Positions 1 through 13,596 of a stretch of DNA of 64,000 bases are shown in pieces; within the stretch, counting starts at the first letter, position 1, and the number at the start of each line of letters is the position of its first letter. The position numbers and the translations under genes were made by a program. Source of the stretch: Octopus vulgaris (taxonomy: Eukaryota). The DNA is taken from NCBI GenBank assembly GCA_951406725.2, contig OX597843.1, positions 20,522,001-20,586,000 on the forward strand, written 5' to 3'. Under the pieces are notes generated by a model that made no database searches, was not told the origin of the DNA, and worked only from the letters and a program-made list of their open reading frames with translations.

Positions 1-1878
1 AAACGGAATTGAAGAAAAAGATTGCTCTCATATTCCAGTGTCTCCAGCGTCACGGATAAGAAATAAGAGAAAAAATGTCAAGATCGAATCCATATTGTCG
101 GTGCGGTGGTCAACATTTTAAAAGTAACAGCCCGATTAAAAATATAAAAGGCGTCAAATGTGGCAAGAGAGATCATAAACAATCACACTGTAGAACAAAC
201 CTGGAAAACATTTCAACAGAAAGAAAACACGAAAACAGGTTATCGGTGACCAAAAAACGAACAGCCTCAAATGAAATTTGTGGACGTAAAGGTGCAACTA
301 GATAAAGGCAGTTATATCTCGATAATTAACACAGATACATACGAAAAAACAGAATTCCTAGATTAAAAGACATTTCGAAAATTGTAGGTGGTGTTTCAGG
401 AAAATAATTACATTTTAATGGTGTAATGATAAATCACGTCCCATTTCGTAGGTAAACCTTAAAAACCAAAGATATCACAAATTTATTCGGAACACTGAAT
501 AGAATTGTTTAACTTATGGGAACTCCCATAAATCTTTTCAGTAAAAATGTGAATGATTTTCTTGCCAATACAAATGAATCGTCGGACGATTTGTAGAAAT
601 AATTTTAAAAGATTTTTCCTGAAGTTCTTTCTGATAAATTAGATCTCAGTATCACAACAAAAACGAAGTTCCAAGTAAAAGTAAATGCCAAACCGGTATT
701 TAAATATAAACGAACTGTAACTTTTGCATCGTGGGAACAGATAAACTTTTGCAGCGTTAGAAACAAATAAACAAAATCAGAATGTATGCTGATTTTTTCC
801 GATGGTTTAAATGAGTGTCTTAAAACTTTCCACAAGGTATTTTCTTAATTGGATGTCTCCGACGCGTGCCTACATATTAGCGTAGACGATGAATGCTATA
901 AATACCTAAAACGTAACGCATATATATATATATACAACAGGTTATTATATGTCTTTAATGTCACACCGATTTTTCAACAGCTTATGGATGCAGTGTTAGC
1001 GATAGTAAATTTGCATTTCCATATCTGGATGATATACACATTAAATGCGAATCATGGGATCACCATGTAGAGCAAGTAATATATATGTTCGAAAAAATTA
1101 GGGATTACATTGAAAAAGAAAGCGTGAATTTTTTTATTACCGAAAATAAAATTGAAAGAAATGGACGAGGACCAGATCCGTTGAAGGCAGACGCAATTAA
1201 ATACATGCCCCCTCCGACAAATATGACGACCTTACATGATTGCTTTGGAGACAGGCAAATTATGACCAAAATCCTATTCTCAATATGCATAGGGTAAGTG
1301 TTACAGTAGATTATGTATTTTAAAAAATGTCAATTGAAATTGCTCTGAAAATTGTCAAAGGGAATACGACGAAATTTTAAAGTATTAACATTTGATTTGT
1401 TGTTAGCACGCTTCGATTCTGTAGAGGAGAATGTTGTAACTTCAGATGCCTCTGAATACTGTATCGGCGCAGTAATGCTACATAAATAAAAAGATGGTAA
1501 CATGAAGGCGGTGGTTATTGATATCAGCAGAAAATATTACAGCCAAATCAAAAAAGAGGCTCTTGTAATTATTTTTGCCGTAAAAATTGCATAGATTTTT
1601 ACACGGCAGAAGTTTTTGAATACAGACAGATCATCGTTCGTTATTATCAGTACAAGAGTAAAAGAAATAAATATCTAGCCGTACTGCTAATAGGCTGCAA
1701 CGCTGGGGTCCTGTATCATTAAACTATGAATTTAAGATAGAGTATATACCATCTAAATGATTAGGACACGGTAATTGTTTATCAAGACAGATTTCAGATA
1801 ATGCTGAACCATTTGAAGATACCGTGATTGCTACTTTGCGAATGGAAAATGAAATTAAAAGCAAACTGTATAACTCCA
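1..1878 (+). mobile_element. Ty3/Gypsy LTR retrotransposon internal fragment (gag zinc knuckles, protease, RT, RNase H), degenerate; paralog of 34753-36617
   Basis: Zinc-knuckle-like CRCGGQHFKSN and CGKRDHKQSHC in ORF 75-305; RT-like DVSDACLHI, FQQLMDAVL and YLDD (tatctggatgat ~1023); RNase H-like VTSDASEY, YSQIKKEAL and TDHR; RLQRWG. Many stops and frameshifts. Colinear with the copy at 34753-36617. Confidence 0.9.
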
Positions 1879-4100
1879 TATATATATATATATTATAATG
1901 AAAGTACCAGGAGTGTAAATGTACAATTGCAAAAGTGTGAACTACACTTCAGAAGAAGGGATTATATAAGGGGTTACACTTTTTCCACAAGCAATGAAAT
2001 AGCTGCACCGTGAAAACAGAGACATTCTTGTCTATCCATGGAATATACCTGCAGAGCAAATCTCGTAGACATTGTGCCACCTAGTCCCAATGAGTTATCC
2101 ACTTCTATTCCCTCATGGAATGTCCGGATGGCACTGTGGGATTCTATATGTGGCGAAACGCAGAACATTCGCTCGCAGACGACTCACGATGTAATTTAGG
2201 GTTGCTGATTGAAGTACCTAGGGGACCATCAGGCCCAGTTGCACGTAGAGCAGTACAGTGGAGTTATGGACTACCTGCAGAGAGGAGCTTTGAAGAAGTG
2301 AACACTGTAGGAGGTGAAATCTATGCAAGATTTAAAGATGCGTACGTATGACTTGGTCTTCTCCAAAATTATGTGATGTTGGAACATGCCATACTAAAGG
2401 TGCTGCATATCGGATGGCATTTCAGCCGCGTATCACGTTCGTTGTCCTTTGCACCTATTCAAATCATTCAAATGTCCTTCGCCTGAGGAACAGTCACAAG
2501 AATACCATGATGGTAGATTATGCTCAGCGAGGTTTGAATGCATACTCTACACTCTATAAATTCTATGCATATTGAAAATTGAATTAGCTGCCTTAATATT
2601 GGCTTGTCTGAACCAGTTCGAGTGTTACGGGTAGGGCAAAAACATGACATGAACCACCCCGGCTTTGCAACCGTTACCGATGAACAGAGAGTGATCGCTG
2701 ATGCAGTCATTGAAGACAGTTGATAAGAAAAGGTGAGGTGAGGTGCTGGAATGTTCCTGTTTCTATGCAGAGGTTCCTGGAGGTTGGGACAAGAATTACA
2801 TATTTAATACGCTGATCTCACATCTACGAAGGAGAAACTATCAAGTGGTGCGTGCAGAGGCATAGCTTCAACATTGATGTCTGGTGGAAGGACGGTGCAC
2901 AGTTTGCTCAAATTGCCCGTTCCTCCGTTGGAAACTAGCTTTTGCAGTGTACCACCCATCTCTGACCAGAAATTGTTTGAGAAATTTGTATTTGGTTATT
3001 ATAGATCAGGCTTCCATGATCCCTCTTTATGCTTTTCATGCTAATGACAAAGCTCTGAAAGAAATCACTGGCAACAATGAAGGTTACGGTTGAAAAGTTG
3101 TGCTCATTGGTAGAGACGTCAGGCAAGTTCTGCCAATATTGCCAAGAGGAACTCGTGAGGCAGTAATTCAGATCTCCATTAAGAACTCTCCTCTCTGGTT
3201 ACACTTCAGACATTTATATGTTGAGCCAAACTAGAGCAATGACAGGTCGAAGAGAATTTGCAGCATGGCCACTAGTCTTTGACTATGGCACCACAACGCT
3301 TATGCAAGATCCAAGCGAGTCAGTGATGATGTAGAAGTGCTACAGGATTCATGCTTTAATGGGTCGCTGATAAATGATGCTTTTTGGCAATGCCGCTCAA
3401 GAACAAAGAACAAGTAGAGTGATCCTCTCACCAAAAAGGTCAGACTGCTAAAAGATAAACGAAGGGGTTATGGATAAACTCCAAAGGTGACCAGGGCTTT
3501 TAATAAAACATGGATAAGGTCTTCACAGATGACCTGCTGAAGCTGAGCGATATTCACTGGAATTTCTGATTTCATGGACACCATCTGGAATGCCACCTCC
3601 TAGATTGCATTTGAAACCTGACTCCATACTAATGCTCTTCAGGAATATTTCAACTGAAAATGGTCTCTATAAAGGAACAAGACGGGAAGTGGAGGCCCTC
3701 AATCAAAACTCGATTGAAGCCTCAATAATAAGTGGCACATTGATCGGGAGACGTATTCTCATTCACAGATAAGGCTGGTACTAAGAAACCAAATCCCGTT
3801 CGCTTGACAATTGCAATGACAATCAATTAATCGAGTGGGCAGACATTTGATAAACTGGAGCTATTCTTGCCTGAACCTGCGTATTAATGGTCAGCTATAT
3901 GTTGTTTCCCAAGGGCTCACAAACATTATCTGATATTAAAGTTAAAGTTATCAACACTGACAAACAAGGGAAAAGAAGAGGGAGAGGTTACGCGAACAAC
4001 ACAATCTGTAACGAAGTATTGGATTGAAAGGTGTACGCAAATTGAAATATATATAAGCTCTGATGCACCGCCTTTCTTATGAACTACCAACGATGTGGCT
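1879..4100 (+). mobile_element. Helitron RepHel C-terminal (Pif1-like helicase) pseudogene, copy A
   Basis: Pif1/Helitron motifs: GGRTVHSLLKLP, IIDQASM, GRDVRQVLPILPRG, MPPPRLHLKPDSILMLFRNISTENGLYKGTR, AMTIN.S.GQTFDKL, GQLYV. Near-identical to 56456-59070. Confidence 0.9.
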
Positions 4101-4497
4101 TTCAGACGATGCCATGTTGCATTAAATTTTCAACCCTATGTTTTACCTATAAAATCATTTATTAACTACAATATTTTTGTTTTCTTGATATGAACTTGTG
4201 GCCATGTAAAATTTAAAGTGTAATTTTTCTCTCTCTATGGGGTAAATGGAAAAAATATTAAATATTTATTTTATGATTGCTGTGTATTAAGTCTATAAAA
4301 TCGTACATGAAGTATATAAAGTACATATATAAAGTGCATTAAGTAATCATCGTATTTCAGTTTCCTTCAATTTTCATTGAATAGCAGATGAGAAACATTC
4401 TTTTCATACACACACAACACAGTCTACGCTTTCAGATTTTTTGGATACATTTTTCAGGAGTCACCGAAATTTTTATTATTAATTCCGTGGAATATTC

Positions 4498-4830
4498 ATG
4501 GATCCCGCTACTGAAATAATAAATATTGAGTATTAAGAATCAGATGAAGTGAGAAAAGAGGAAAATGAGAGAGAAGGGTGAGACGATGATGACAATCAAT
4601 ATTATGATCGTGATGATGATGACGAAGATGATGATGATGATGATGACAGCGATAATGTTGATCATAAATACGGTGTTGAAGGTTGTTATGATGATGAGCA
4701 TGAATATGACGAGAAAGCGGATGAGAATGTTGATATTGATATTATCACTGAATATTCTAACAATTCAGATGAAAAAGAAGAGGAGGAGAACAATAGTATG
4801 AAGGTGAAATGAAGAATTCCTGCAGATTAC
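4498..4830 (+). other. Asp/Glu-rich low-complexity pseudo-ORF segment
   Basis: Reads MDPATEIINIEY*ESDEVRKEENEREG*DDDDNQYYDRDDDDEDDDDDDDSDNVDHKYGVEGCYDDEHEYDEKADENVDIDII with in-frame stops; resembles 30290-30660. Confidence 0.45.
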
Positions 4831-4846
4831 TCAATAGTTCAACGAA

Positions 4847-5325
4847 GGTATTTTCTTTTTCGTTGATCTTTAGCTTCATGTTAACATCCACTGGGCAGCT
4901 GATTTCCACAAGTGTACACAGTTCCTCTCCTCAATCCCAAATCACCATGTCAGGTCTATTATGTTTACATTACATTGGGATTTACCCTGGGACATTCCGG
5001 CAGCACTCCATGTTATTGGTAGCAGTTTTATCTTGCACCATATTGTGGGATTTTATTTCTTTATCTTTGGAATTAACCTTCCGACGAATTTCATTATACA
5101 GTGTCCTAGCTACATCATGTCACATCGGTAGATTAAATCATGATGGCATTTTCGGACAACTGCTTGTAATATGGGTGATATCTTCGGTGTTACCCCCACG
5201 TAATCTGCATCGGCTGTCACGCTTTACTGTTTTGCCTGCATCTTTGTCCCTTTTGTGCATCAGGTATTTGGTTGATAATTCCTGTTCCTGGATTGCAAAC
5301 GGATACCCTTCAAATCCAACTCATT
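4847..5325 (-). mobile_element. R4/Dong-like non-LTR retrotransposon 3' fragment (CCHC zinc finger plus restriction-like endonuclease)
   Basis: Minus strand reads EGYPFAIQEQELSTKYLMHKRDKDAGK..DSRCRL, then NRPDMVIWD..ELCTLVEISCPVDVN (PD..E RLE motif). Confidence 0.75.
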
Positions 5326-5963
5326 ACTTATTTTTATAAAGTTTGCTACTTATTCTCTCTCTTCTTTCCTCTCTCTGTCTCTCTTATGATGTCCGATTCC
5401 AATTGAAGTTGTATATATATTGTGTTAAAATTCGTTTTCAATCATTTAACCTTATGGAGAAGAAACAGTCAAAAGTAACCACCACATACAATAAACAAAC
5501 ATCTCCACTACTTTCTACCGTCCAAGTTAACCCTCTTCACTTTTGCAGCTGACATGAAAAACTACGCCAAAAAGAGAAAAGATCAATTGCTATTAAAACA
5601 GGTAGGATTTTGGTGTTAATAACCTTAACCTTCAGTTAGAGTTTCTCATTCAAGCATTTTCGGATTAAGACAGTAGGTTTTTGAGGGAGATTTGGCTGCT
5701 ATTTCCCCTAGCTACATTGAAGAGGTCTGCTTCATTGGCTTATACATAAATATATGCATACATATATACGTAAAATCGAAATAAAATATTTAAAGCAACA
5801 GTCGTCAAATAGAAAAGCCAAGGTCCATGCAGTGTCATGGGCAAAAAAATTTCCAACTTCTTGCCTAATGCGAGCCCAGAGCAATCTTTTATCTCTTACA
5901 CTATTTCAGTATTACGTCTGTATTGTCATGCGAGATAATACTTTCAGTTTGAAAGAAGCCTGT

Positions 5964-6024
<61 letters not shown>

Positions 6025-8699
6025 CGTATGCATTCAAAAACCGAATTACAGATCTTGACATGTGGGGTATAACATGTTACAGATAAATTCCTCTATTTAC
6101 ATAATACTGAGGTCCCATTCATTCTTTTGTTGGTATACCGCTACTATTAATATATATATGTATATTAAGAGAAGGGATATAATATCAAAGCAAATAGCGA
6201 ATGGCAAGTCTGGTCTCTTCAGATGGTAGGTTTACGCTAAATGTCCTTTAGGTCCCAACCGATGTAACAGTTTATTTTTTGGCAACGTAGATATACAGTC
6301 TAATAATGATAATAATGGGATTGAATTTGTATATTCAAATTCTTAATTCTCTCTGTCTCTCTCTCAATATTTCTTTCTTTCTTTCTTTCATTCTTTCTTT
6401 CTTTCATTCTCTCTTTCGCTTTCTCTCTCACTCCCTTTCTCTCTCTATATATATATATACTTATAACTTGAAGATATACTCGTTAAAATGTCATTTGTTA
6501 TAAACATTTATATATGTATATGTTATGGTCTGTGTGTTTATGTACATGTATATATATTCAAATAAATGCTCTCTCTCTGATCCACAGATCCTTCATGATC
6601 CTACTAATGGACAGAAAAGACACGAAACGTAGAAAAAAACCCTGTATGAATACATTATGCAAATGTCTCGCCCTGTGATTTTTATTTGTTCCTCAAGTTG
6701 AAGAAGTCGAAGGAGACAGTAACAAGGGTCCTGGAGACAATTCCTTTCAGATGAGATTTCAGCTTAGCTCTGTAGATTATTTTTCGAAATCTGCGCCGTG
6801 AGAGGTTCCACAGTTTAATGTGCCCCTTGGTTATCCAAACGATAATCGATGCGAGATAAAGAACTGATTTTAATATAAGTCATTTACGCAATTCGGTAGC
6901 TTAATAACACCTACGTTTGATAGGTCCGAAGACGTCAGTAGTAATACTGTTTGGAAACATGGTGGTTCTGTCCACTGACATGACAGAGGTTCCTCTGTCA
7001 AGCATCATGTCTATATTACCGTTGGTGAATGAATGAGGTTCAAACTAAGACTACGCCAGTCATATTGTTTCCTATGGCGTCATCTCAAAGTGTAAATTGA
7101 AAGACGTATGGGTGCTATGCTTTGCCAAAGTGCAATCCGTGTTTGGTCCAGGGCAATGTTTTATCCATATTCACCATACCCTAACCCTAACCCTATATTT
7201 AGAGGCTGTTCCCCATTCTATCGCATATAGTATACTCTCTCAAAGCACACATATTCATAACTGGGCATAATTCGCTATGGAATACGAGTTCATAACATGC
7301 ACCTTAATTTCACTAACTGTTTTAGCTATCGAAGTAGTCGCGAGTCGACATTGACATCCTTTCGTATTGCACACCCTTGTATCTAACTATCACAACCAAC
7401 TCTCTGTTGATACTATATTTCAAGTTCAGTAGACTGATACATCGTGAAATGAAATGACTTGATCTAAGTAATAACGTCACTCATTTCAGGAATTGATCCC
7501 GGGATATTATGATCATCACCTGAACTTCCAAAACAAGTATGCCATATAACTTCATACATGCTCCACCACACAATCTTCTTGAGATACTCCGAGCAGAAAT
7601 TGAAATCAAATCCTCATATACAACAACAAGCTATAGAAGAGTACCTCTCTATTAAATAATTTTGCTGAATTCAAATGTGGAATCCATTTTTTAGGATTAC
7701 GTCTAGATTTCAAGATACCCAAACCCTCAATATTCACTATTTTCCTCATATTTCAGGGAAATATATTGGGAAATGTAGTACGAATGTCTATTATGGTTTA
7801 TCGATTATTTTATTAAAGGTCTAGTGTAAAGATCGGGTAATGAAATAATGGCCGCAGCGAGCATTAGTCCCAGGGTATTTTAATGTGAATTAACAGACTT
7901 TAGTTCAGCCGGAGAAAATCATCCAACATCCACTTCTTATCAAGGCAGATTAAATACGATGCTGGGATATTGAGGATCAGCACTAAAGAAAACCATTCAA
8001 ACACAAATTCATGAAAAAATAGGCATGAACAATAATGTAAACTGTCTGTAGAAATTTAGAGATATTTGCTAGATTTTCAGTAGAAGTTCAAAAAATCCTA
8101 GCTTTGAAGACAATGCAATTTCTATGTATATTAGTACGTTCTTCATAAGCTGGTTTATTCAAAAACAAAACAAAGACATTCTCTGGATCCAGTATCTTAC
8201 AATTCCGATGTGATCGTATTAAATTGATGTCCTTTTCGGATTCTGTGTGTCAAAAGACTCCCAGTTCGTCTCCAGTTATTTCGTTCGCCTGACGATATTT
8301 CCAGAGTATTGTCTTGAATAAAGTTCAAATGGTTTATACACCAAGAACGGGGATTTATATTTTCATAGCATTGAATTCTGACAGATTTCATATTTTCTTT
8401 CGATTAGGAGTAAAGCAGGCTTGAAACCGATTCACAGGATGACCAAGTCTAGAGGGAAGGAGAAAAGATGGTATTCTTCAACTGAAGAATGTTTAAGACA
8501 ATATGGACTTCACCAAAGGCAGTTAAAATTACTAGGTGGTGGTTTTGAACAGAGATGTGTTTTAAGACTACCATTGAAATAGACCATTAGAGACAGAGAA
8601 AGGATACAGCATAGCCGTGGACATGGTGTTGAAACATGGTCATTTGTAATGGGCTGAAGATTAGACAAGTGTCCCTCACAATGTTACTTGAAAACTTAA

Positions 8700-9170
8700 C
8701 CTTCGCAGAGCATTATTAGCAGTGAAGATCTTTCTTGGCGAAAGTAGATCCTTTGCATAGATAGTACGGTATTTTAATGTCCAATTATTCTCTTTGCAAC
8801 CAAAACTTCAGACCATTTACAATGCTCATGTGAAGCACACAATGAAGAAATCTTTCTACATCTGGAACGGTGATACACATCCGGGATTGCATCGAAATAA
8901 GGGTGACGTGGCTAAATTGTACTCTGTCCCTAACAGACATACTCTAACAGATATCTCGCAGGCAGGATATCTCTTCTCTTTGTTTTGCCACTGTCACTGT
9001 CATGCTACAGATTCTTGTAGGAGTTGGCTGAGCTCTTGACCCCACCAAGCAGGTACTACCGACTCGCTCGTCTATTCCTTTGCTCCTCGATCTTAAACCT
9101 CAGTTCGTTTTCAGTATATCATTCCAGTAAATGTTGGACTGTAGCAGCTTAAACGGAACGTTCATGGTAT
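8700..9170 (+). mobile_element. Possible Sola-like DDE transposase remnant
   Basis: IWNGDTHPGLHRNK ... CHATDSC-GVG ... RFQYIIPV resemble the IWSDGCAGQYKNK / SHGKGPCDGVG / RKFH.FIP pattern; highly decayed. Confidence 0.35.
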
Positions 9171-9503
9171 CTATCTCAGATTTCATTCAATTCACGCTTA
9201 AATTATGAAAGATGAAAATATCTAACTTATTAAACAGAACATTGACTTTGCCATTCCACATCTTCAGATTTACGAGGTTTAAAGAATAACATTAACAAAA
9301 CATTGCTATTTGCTTTACATTAAGATTTCTCAAATGGTTAAAATGTTCCAAATTTGTTGACAAATGGGACTGATCGAATGAATCGATCCACTTTAGTATT
9401 TGAATATTTGATTAAAACTTGAAGTGATTAATGCTGTGATGCAAGCCATTTAATTGGAAATAATCGCCTAGAACATAAATTAGTTCTTATGATTTTCATG
9501 AGC

Positions 9504-9563
9504 ATCTAATAATAATTCTGCTTATTCCTCCGTCAGTAGGAATAAGCAGAATTCTTATTAGAT
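9504..9563. repeat. Near-perfect hairpin, 26-bp stem with 8-nt loop
   Basis: atctaataataattctgcttattcct-ccgtcagt-aggaataagcagaattcttattagat, one mismatch. Confidence 0.85.
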
Positions 9564-9609
9564 AATAATAGCGCATCTGTAACACTTTTACAAGATGAAT
9601 TGAAGGGAA

Positions 9610-10200
9610 ATGCGAAGAGCGAGAGAAAAGATGGAGTAGAGGGAAAAAGCGGGTAAGGTGAAGAGCGAGAGAAAAACAGGCAGAGAGAAAAAGAGGGAGA
9701 GAAAAAGAGGGTAAGAGAAGCGTCTATGACGTGTGGTAGGGGGAACGTAATAGTTATTACGTGGTTAAAAATGTTAGTTGAAGGTAGTGATATAGAGGAG
9801 AGTGAGAAACAGAATTGTAGCAGAGGATCGATGTTCTGATGGTGAGATTAAAGATAGGCAGAGAAAGAGAGAGAGAGAGAGAGATGATGATGATGAATGT
9901 GTTGGTGGTGTTAGTGGTGGAGGTGGAGGTTGCGTTGGTGAGTGTGTGTGAAGAGTGTAATGTTTTTAATTGATATATTTTTTTAATACCACCTATTACT
10001 TAAAGCATGCGCATAAGTGCAATCGTCTGCTCGCTTGAAAAATGTTATTTCTTTATAAACCATAGATGAGAGACGATGTAATCGAACAACAGAAAGAATG
10101 AAACCAAATGGACAATGGCGCCAAGAGGAGCAGAGGGTCTTATCCAGAAGGACTGAAGGTGTTTTAAAACGACAATTATGTAGAATATACAGAGAAAAGA
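9610..10200 (+). repeat. AG-rich leader repeat plus start of an STPR-like Helitron N-terminus; paralog of 32330-32870 and 55960-56140
   Basis: Shares tgtggtagggggaacgtaat..ttattacgtg, ttagttgaaggtagtgatat and gatgttctgatggtgagattaaa with 32550-32680, and cctat(c/t)acttaa.(g/a)catgc with 32820 and 56040. Confidence 0.7.
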
Positions 10201-10235
10201 AGAGACATATACTCTTTTACGCTTTTATATATATG

Positions 10236-10302
<67 letters not shown>

Positions 10303-10375
10303 AAAGTTGAGTTGTGGGGTATCGCACGAGCGGAATTATAAGAAGGTTTGAAAATGCAATTTAAAAGATGTTTAT

Positions 10376-10421
10376 TTACTTAACCGGTTTCACTCTTTGG
10401 AAAAAAGATTGTCAAAAGTAA
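10376..10421 (-). ncRNA. Minimal type I hammerhead-like motif, U3-A8 core variant
   Basis: Reverse complement reads TTACTT TTGACAA T-stemII-T GAAA CCGG TT AAGTAA. Confidence 0.55.
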
Positions 10422-11249
10422 CATATGGAAGTTTGGTTGCGTTAATTATTGGTTGTTGCAAATTGCTACATTACATGTATATATACAGTCTTTGGTAACA
10501 GGGACATGTTAAGGACATAAAAATGTACAACAGTATGATGAGAATATAAAGAGGTTTAACAAGCTCATTGAAAAAATGGGCAGAAAAGATTAAAACAAAT
10601 ATATTATACATCTCAGCGTAATTTCCAGGAGGAATTATCAAAAAAAGTTCAGTACAGAATATTATGAATTCAAAAAGATTTTTACATTAAGATTTGCATT
10701 AATGTAGTGGCGAGGTTGTTTACTGACCTGTCCGTTTTAGCAGAAATGTGGAATTGAAAAAGATGTACCCGTTTTTTTCTTTTTTTGGCTCTCCTTCAAG
10801 CATCAATGATTTGGGGGTTAGGATGAGGTGAATATGTGTGTCTCTGCGTGTATGTGTGCGTGCATACATATACGTGTGGTGTGAATAGATGTGTCTGTGT
10901 GTCTGTAGTATTTGGTCAGATGGTGTCTGTTTGTCAAGTGTGTGTGGTTGTCATGGTGTTGTGTGTGCGTGTGTGTGCGCGCGTGTGTGTGTGTGAGTGC
11001 GTGTGTACGCATGTATGATTGTGGATGGCATTTGACATGGTGCTGCGTGTGTATATATGTGCCTGTATGGAGGTGAGATCGGTGTGAGTGTGTGTGTCCC
11101 TGTGTGTGTGCATATACACGTATACAAGTGTCTGCGTGTGTGTGGGGGCTGTTTTTGATTGGTTCCAGGGTGGTGAAAATAGATGTGTGTTGTTTAAAGA
11201 ATTTTTGGGGGTAGGATGGTGTGTGTATATATGCGTATATATGAGGGAT

Positions 11250-11598
11250 CGACGTACAAGTTCCGATCGGGACACGCATTCATCATAAACAATAATTCAC
11301 GTGCGCATCACAAAATTTACTCTACGTCATAAGGTGTGAAGGATGCCACGAAGACTACATAGGGCAAACGAGCCTTACCCTCAGAGAAAGAATGACAGTT
11401 CACCGACAACAACTGAGGGACCCCTCCACAAGACAGATGCCACTAAGTGGACACTTAGACCTTGGTGCACACAATAAGTCCCCCAAATTATTAGTCATCC
11501 CTCTATACCAATGCTCGGACAACACCACAGACCAAACCCGAATAAATAGGGAAAGTAATCTTATTCAAAAATACAGACCACAACTAAACATACTCTAA
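11250..11598 (+). pseudogene. GIY-YIG endonuclease C-terminal fragment of a Penelope-like element
   Basis: LLY-(10 aa)-YIG motif, conserved R..H, and a terminal E..I....P.LN. Confidence 0.85.
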
Positions 11599-11739
11599 CA
11601 TACCCCCTAGGCACACATCCAGAACAAGCACACAAAGACACGCGCACACTCGCAACGTATCATGCAAGCGGACACATGCACGCATCGGCACACATAGGGC
11701 GCACTGGCAGGCATTGACCACACACACACGCATGCATCA

Positions 11740-12036
11740 TATATATGTATGTTATGTATGTATGTGTGTATTGTGTGGATTGTGTGTGAGTGTGTGCGTT
11801 GTGTGTATGTGTGCGCGAGTGTGTGTGTGTGTGCATTGTCTGTTTGTATGTATTTATATGTTTATATGTTTTATATATATGTATATATGTGTGTGTTGTG
11901 TGTGTGTATGCATTGTATATGTGTATATGTGAGTGCATTGTTTGTGTGTGTGTGTGGTATGTAGATATATATGTGTGTGTACACTATATTTTTGTATTTT
12001 GTGTGTGTGCATTATATATATGTATGTGTATATGTG

Positions 12037-12073
<37 letters not shown>

Positions 12074-12760
12074 GCATTGTGTACATGTATATCATATGTA
12101 TGTGTGTTGTATATGCATAAATACATGTATATACATTATATGTATATATATGTATGCATTGTGTATGTGTATGTTATGTGTATATATGTTATATGTATGT
12201 GTATATGTATATGTATACATTGTATGTATGTATATTGTGTGTATATGTGGTATATTTATGTATGTGTATGTAAATATTATATATATGTATATATGTATAT
12301 ATGTATATGCATTGTCTATATATATATATTATATGTATGTATTGTGTATGTATGTTATATGTATATATTGTGTATGTGTATTATATATATGCTGTGAATG
12401 TGTATTGTATGTATATATGTGTTAGGTGTATATGTGTTGTATTATATCATGTATGTATGTGTGCGTGTGTTGTGTGTGTGTGTGTGTTGTGTGTGTGTGT
12501 GTTGTGTGTGTGTTATATGTGTGAATATTACATATAAATATATGTTATATATGTGTGTAGTGTGTGTTCTGTATGTATGTGTGTTGTGTGTATGTGTGTG
12601 TGTTGTGTGTGTGTATATTATGTGTGTATGTGTGTTGTGTGTGTGTGGAGTGTGTGTGCGTGGGGGGGGGCTGAGATATGTGTGTGTGTGTGGTGTGTAT
12701 GTGTATGATGTATATGTGTGTGTGTGCATATATATATGTATATGTAGTGTGTGTGTATGG
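11740..12760. repeat. Degenerate (TG)/(TA) compound microsatellite, about 1 kb
   Basis: Direct inspection; source of the spurious Cys/Val/Tyr ORFs. Confidence 0.95.
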
Positions 12761-13596
12761 CCCGCACACACGCGTAGATGCGCACGGGCGGGCACGCATA
12801 TATACACACACCATCCTACCCCCAAAAATTCTTTAAACAACACACATCTACTTTCACCACCCTGGAACCAATCAAAAACAGCCCCCCCACACACGCAGAC
12901 GCTTGTATACGTGTATGTGCATGCACACATGGACACACACACTCACACCGATCTCGCCTCCATGCAGGCACATATATACACACGCAGCACCATGTCAAAT
13001 GCCATCCACAATCATACATGCGTACACACACACACACGCGCACACACACGCACACACAACACCATGACAACCACACACACTTGACAAACAGACACCATCT
13101 GACCAAATACTACAGACACACAGACACATCTATTCACACCACACGTATATGTATGCACGCACACATACACGCAGAGACACACATATTCACCTCATCCTAA
13201 CCCCCAAATCATTGATGCTTGAAGGAGAGCCAAAAAAAGAAAAAAACGGGTACATCTTTTTCAATTCCACATTTCTGCTAAAACGGACAGGTCAGTAAAC
13301 AACCTCGCCACTACATTAATGCAAATCTTAATGTAAAAATCTTTTTGAATTCATAATATTCTGTACTGAACTTTTTTTGATAATTCCTCCTGGAAATTAC
13401 GCTGAGATGTATAATATATTTGTTTTAATCTTTTCTGCCCATTTTTTCAATGAGCTTGTTAAACCTCTTTATATTCTCATCATACTGTTGTACATTTTTA
13501 TGTCCTTAACATGTCCCTGTTACCAAAGACTGTATATATACATGTAATGTAGTAATTTGCAACAACCAATAATTAACGCAACCAAACTTCCATATG

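Noticed and set aside
4809-5339. 176-aa plus-strand ORF as a host membrane protein, and AAG/GTATTT as a splice donor
   Set aside because: It is the antisense of an R4/Dong-like RLE fragment, and the apparent donor coincides with the element junction.
7179-7194. Telomeric (CCCTAA)n
   Set aside because: Fewer than three units; too short to call an interstitial telomere.
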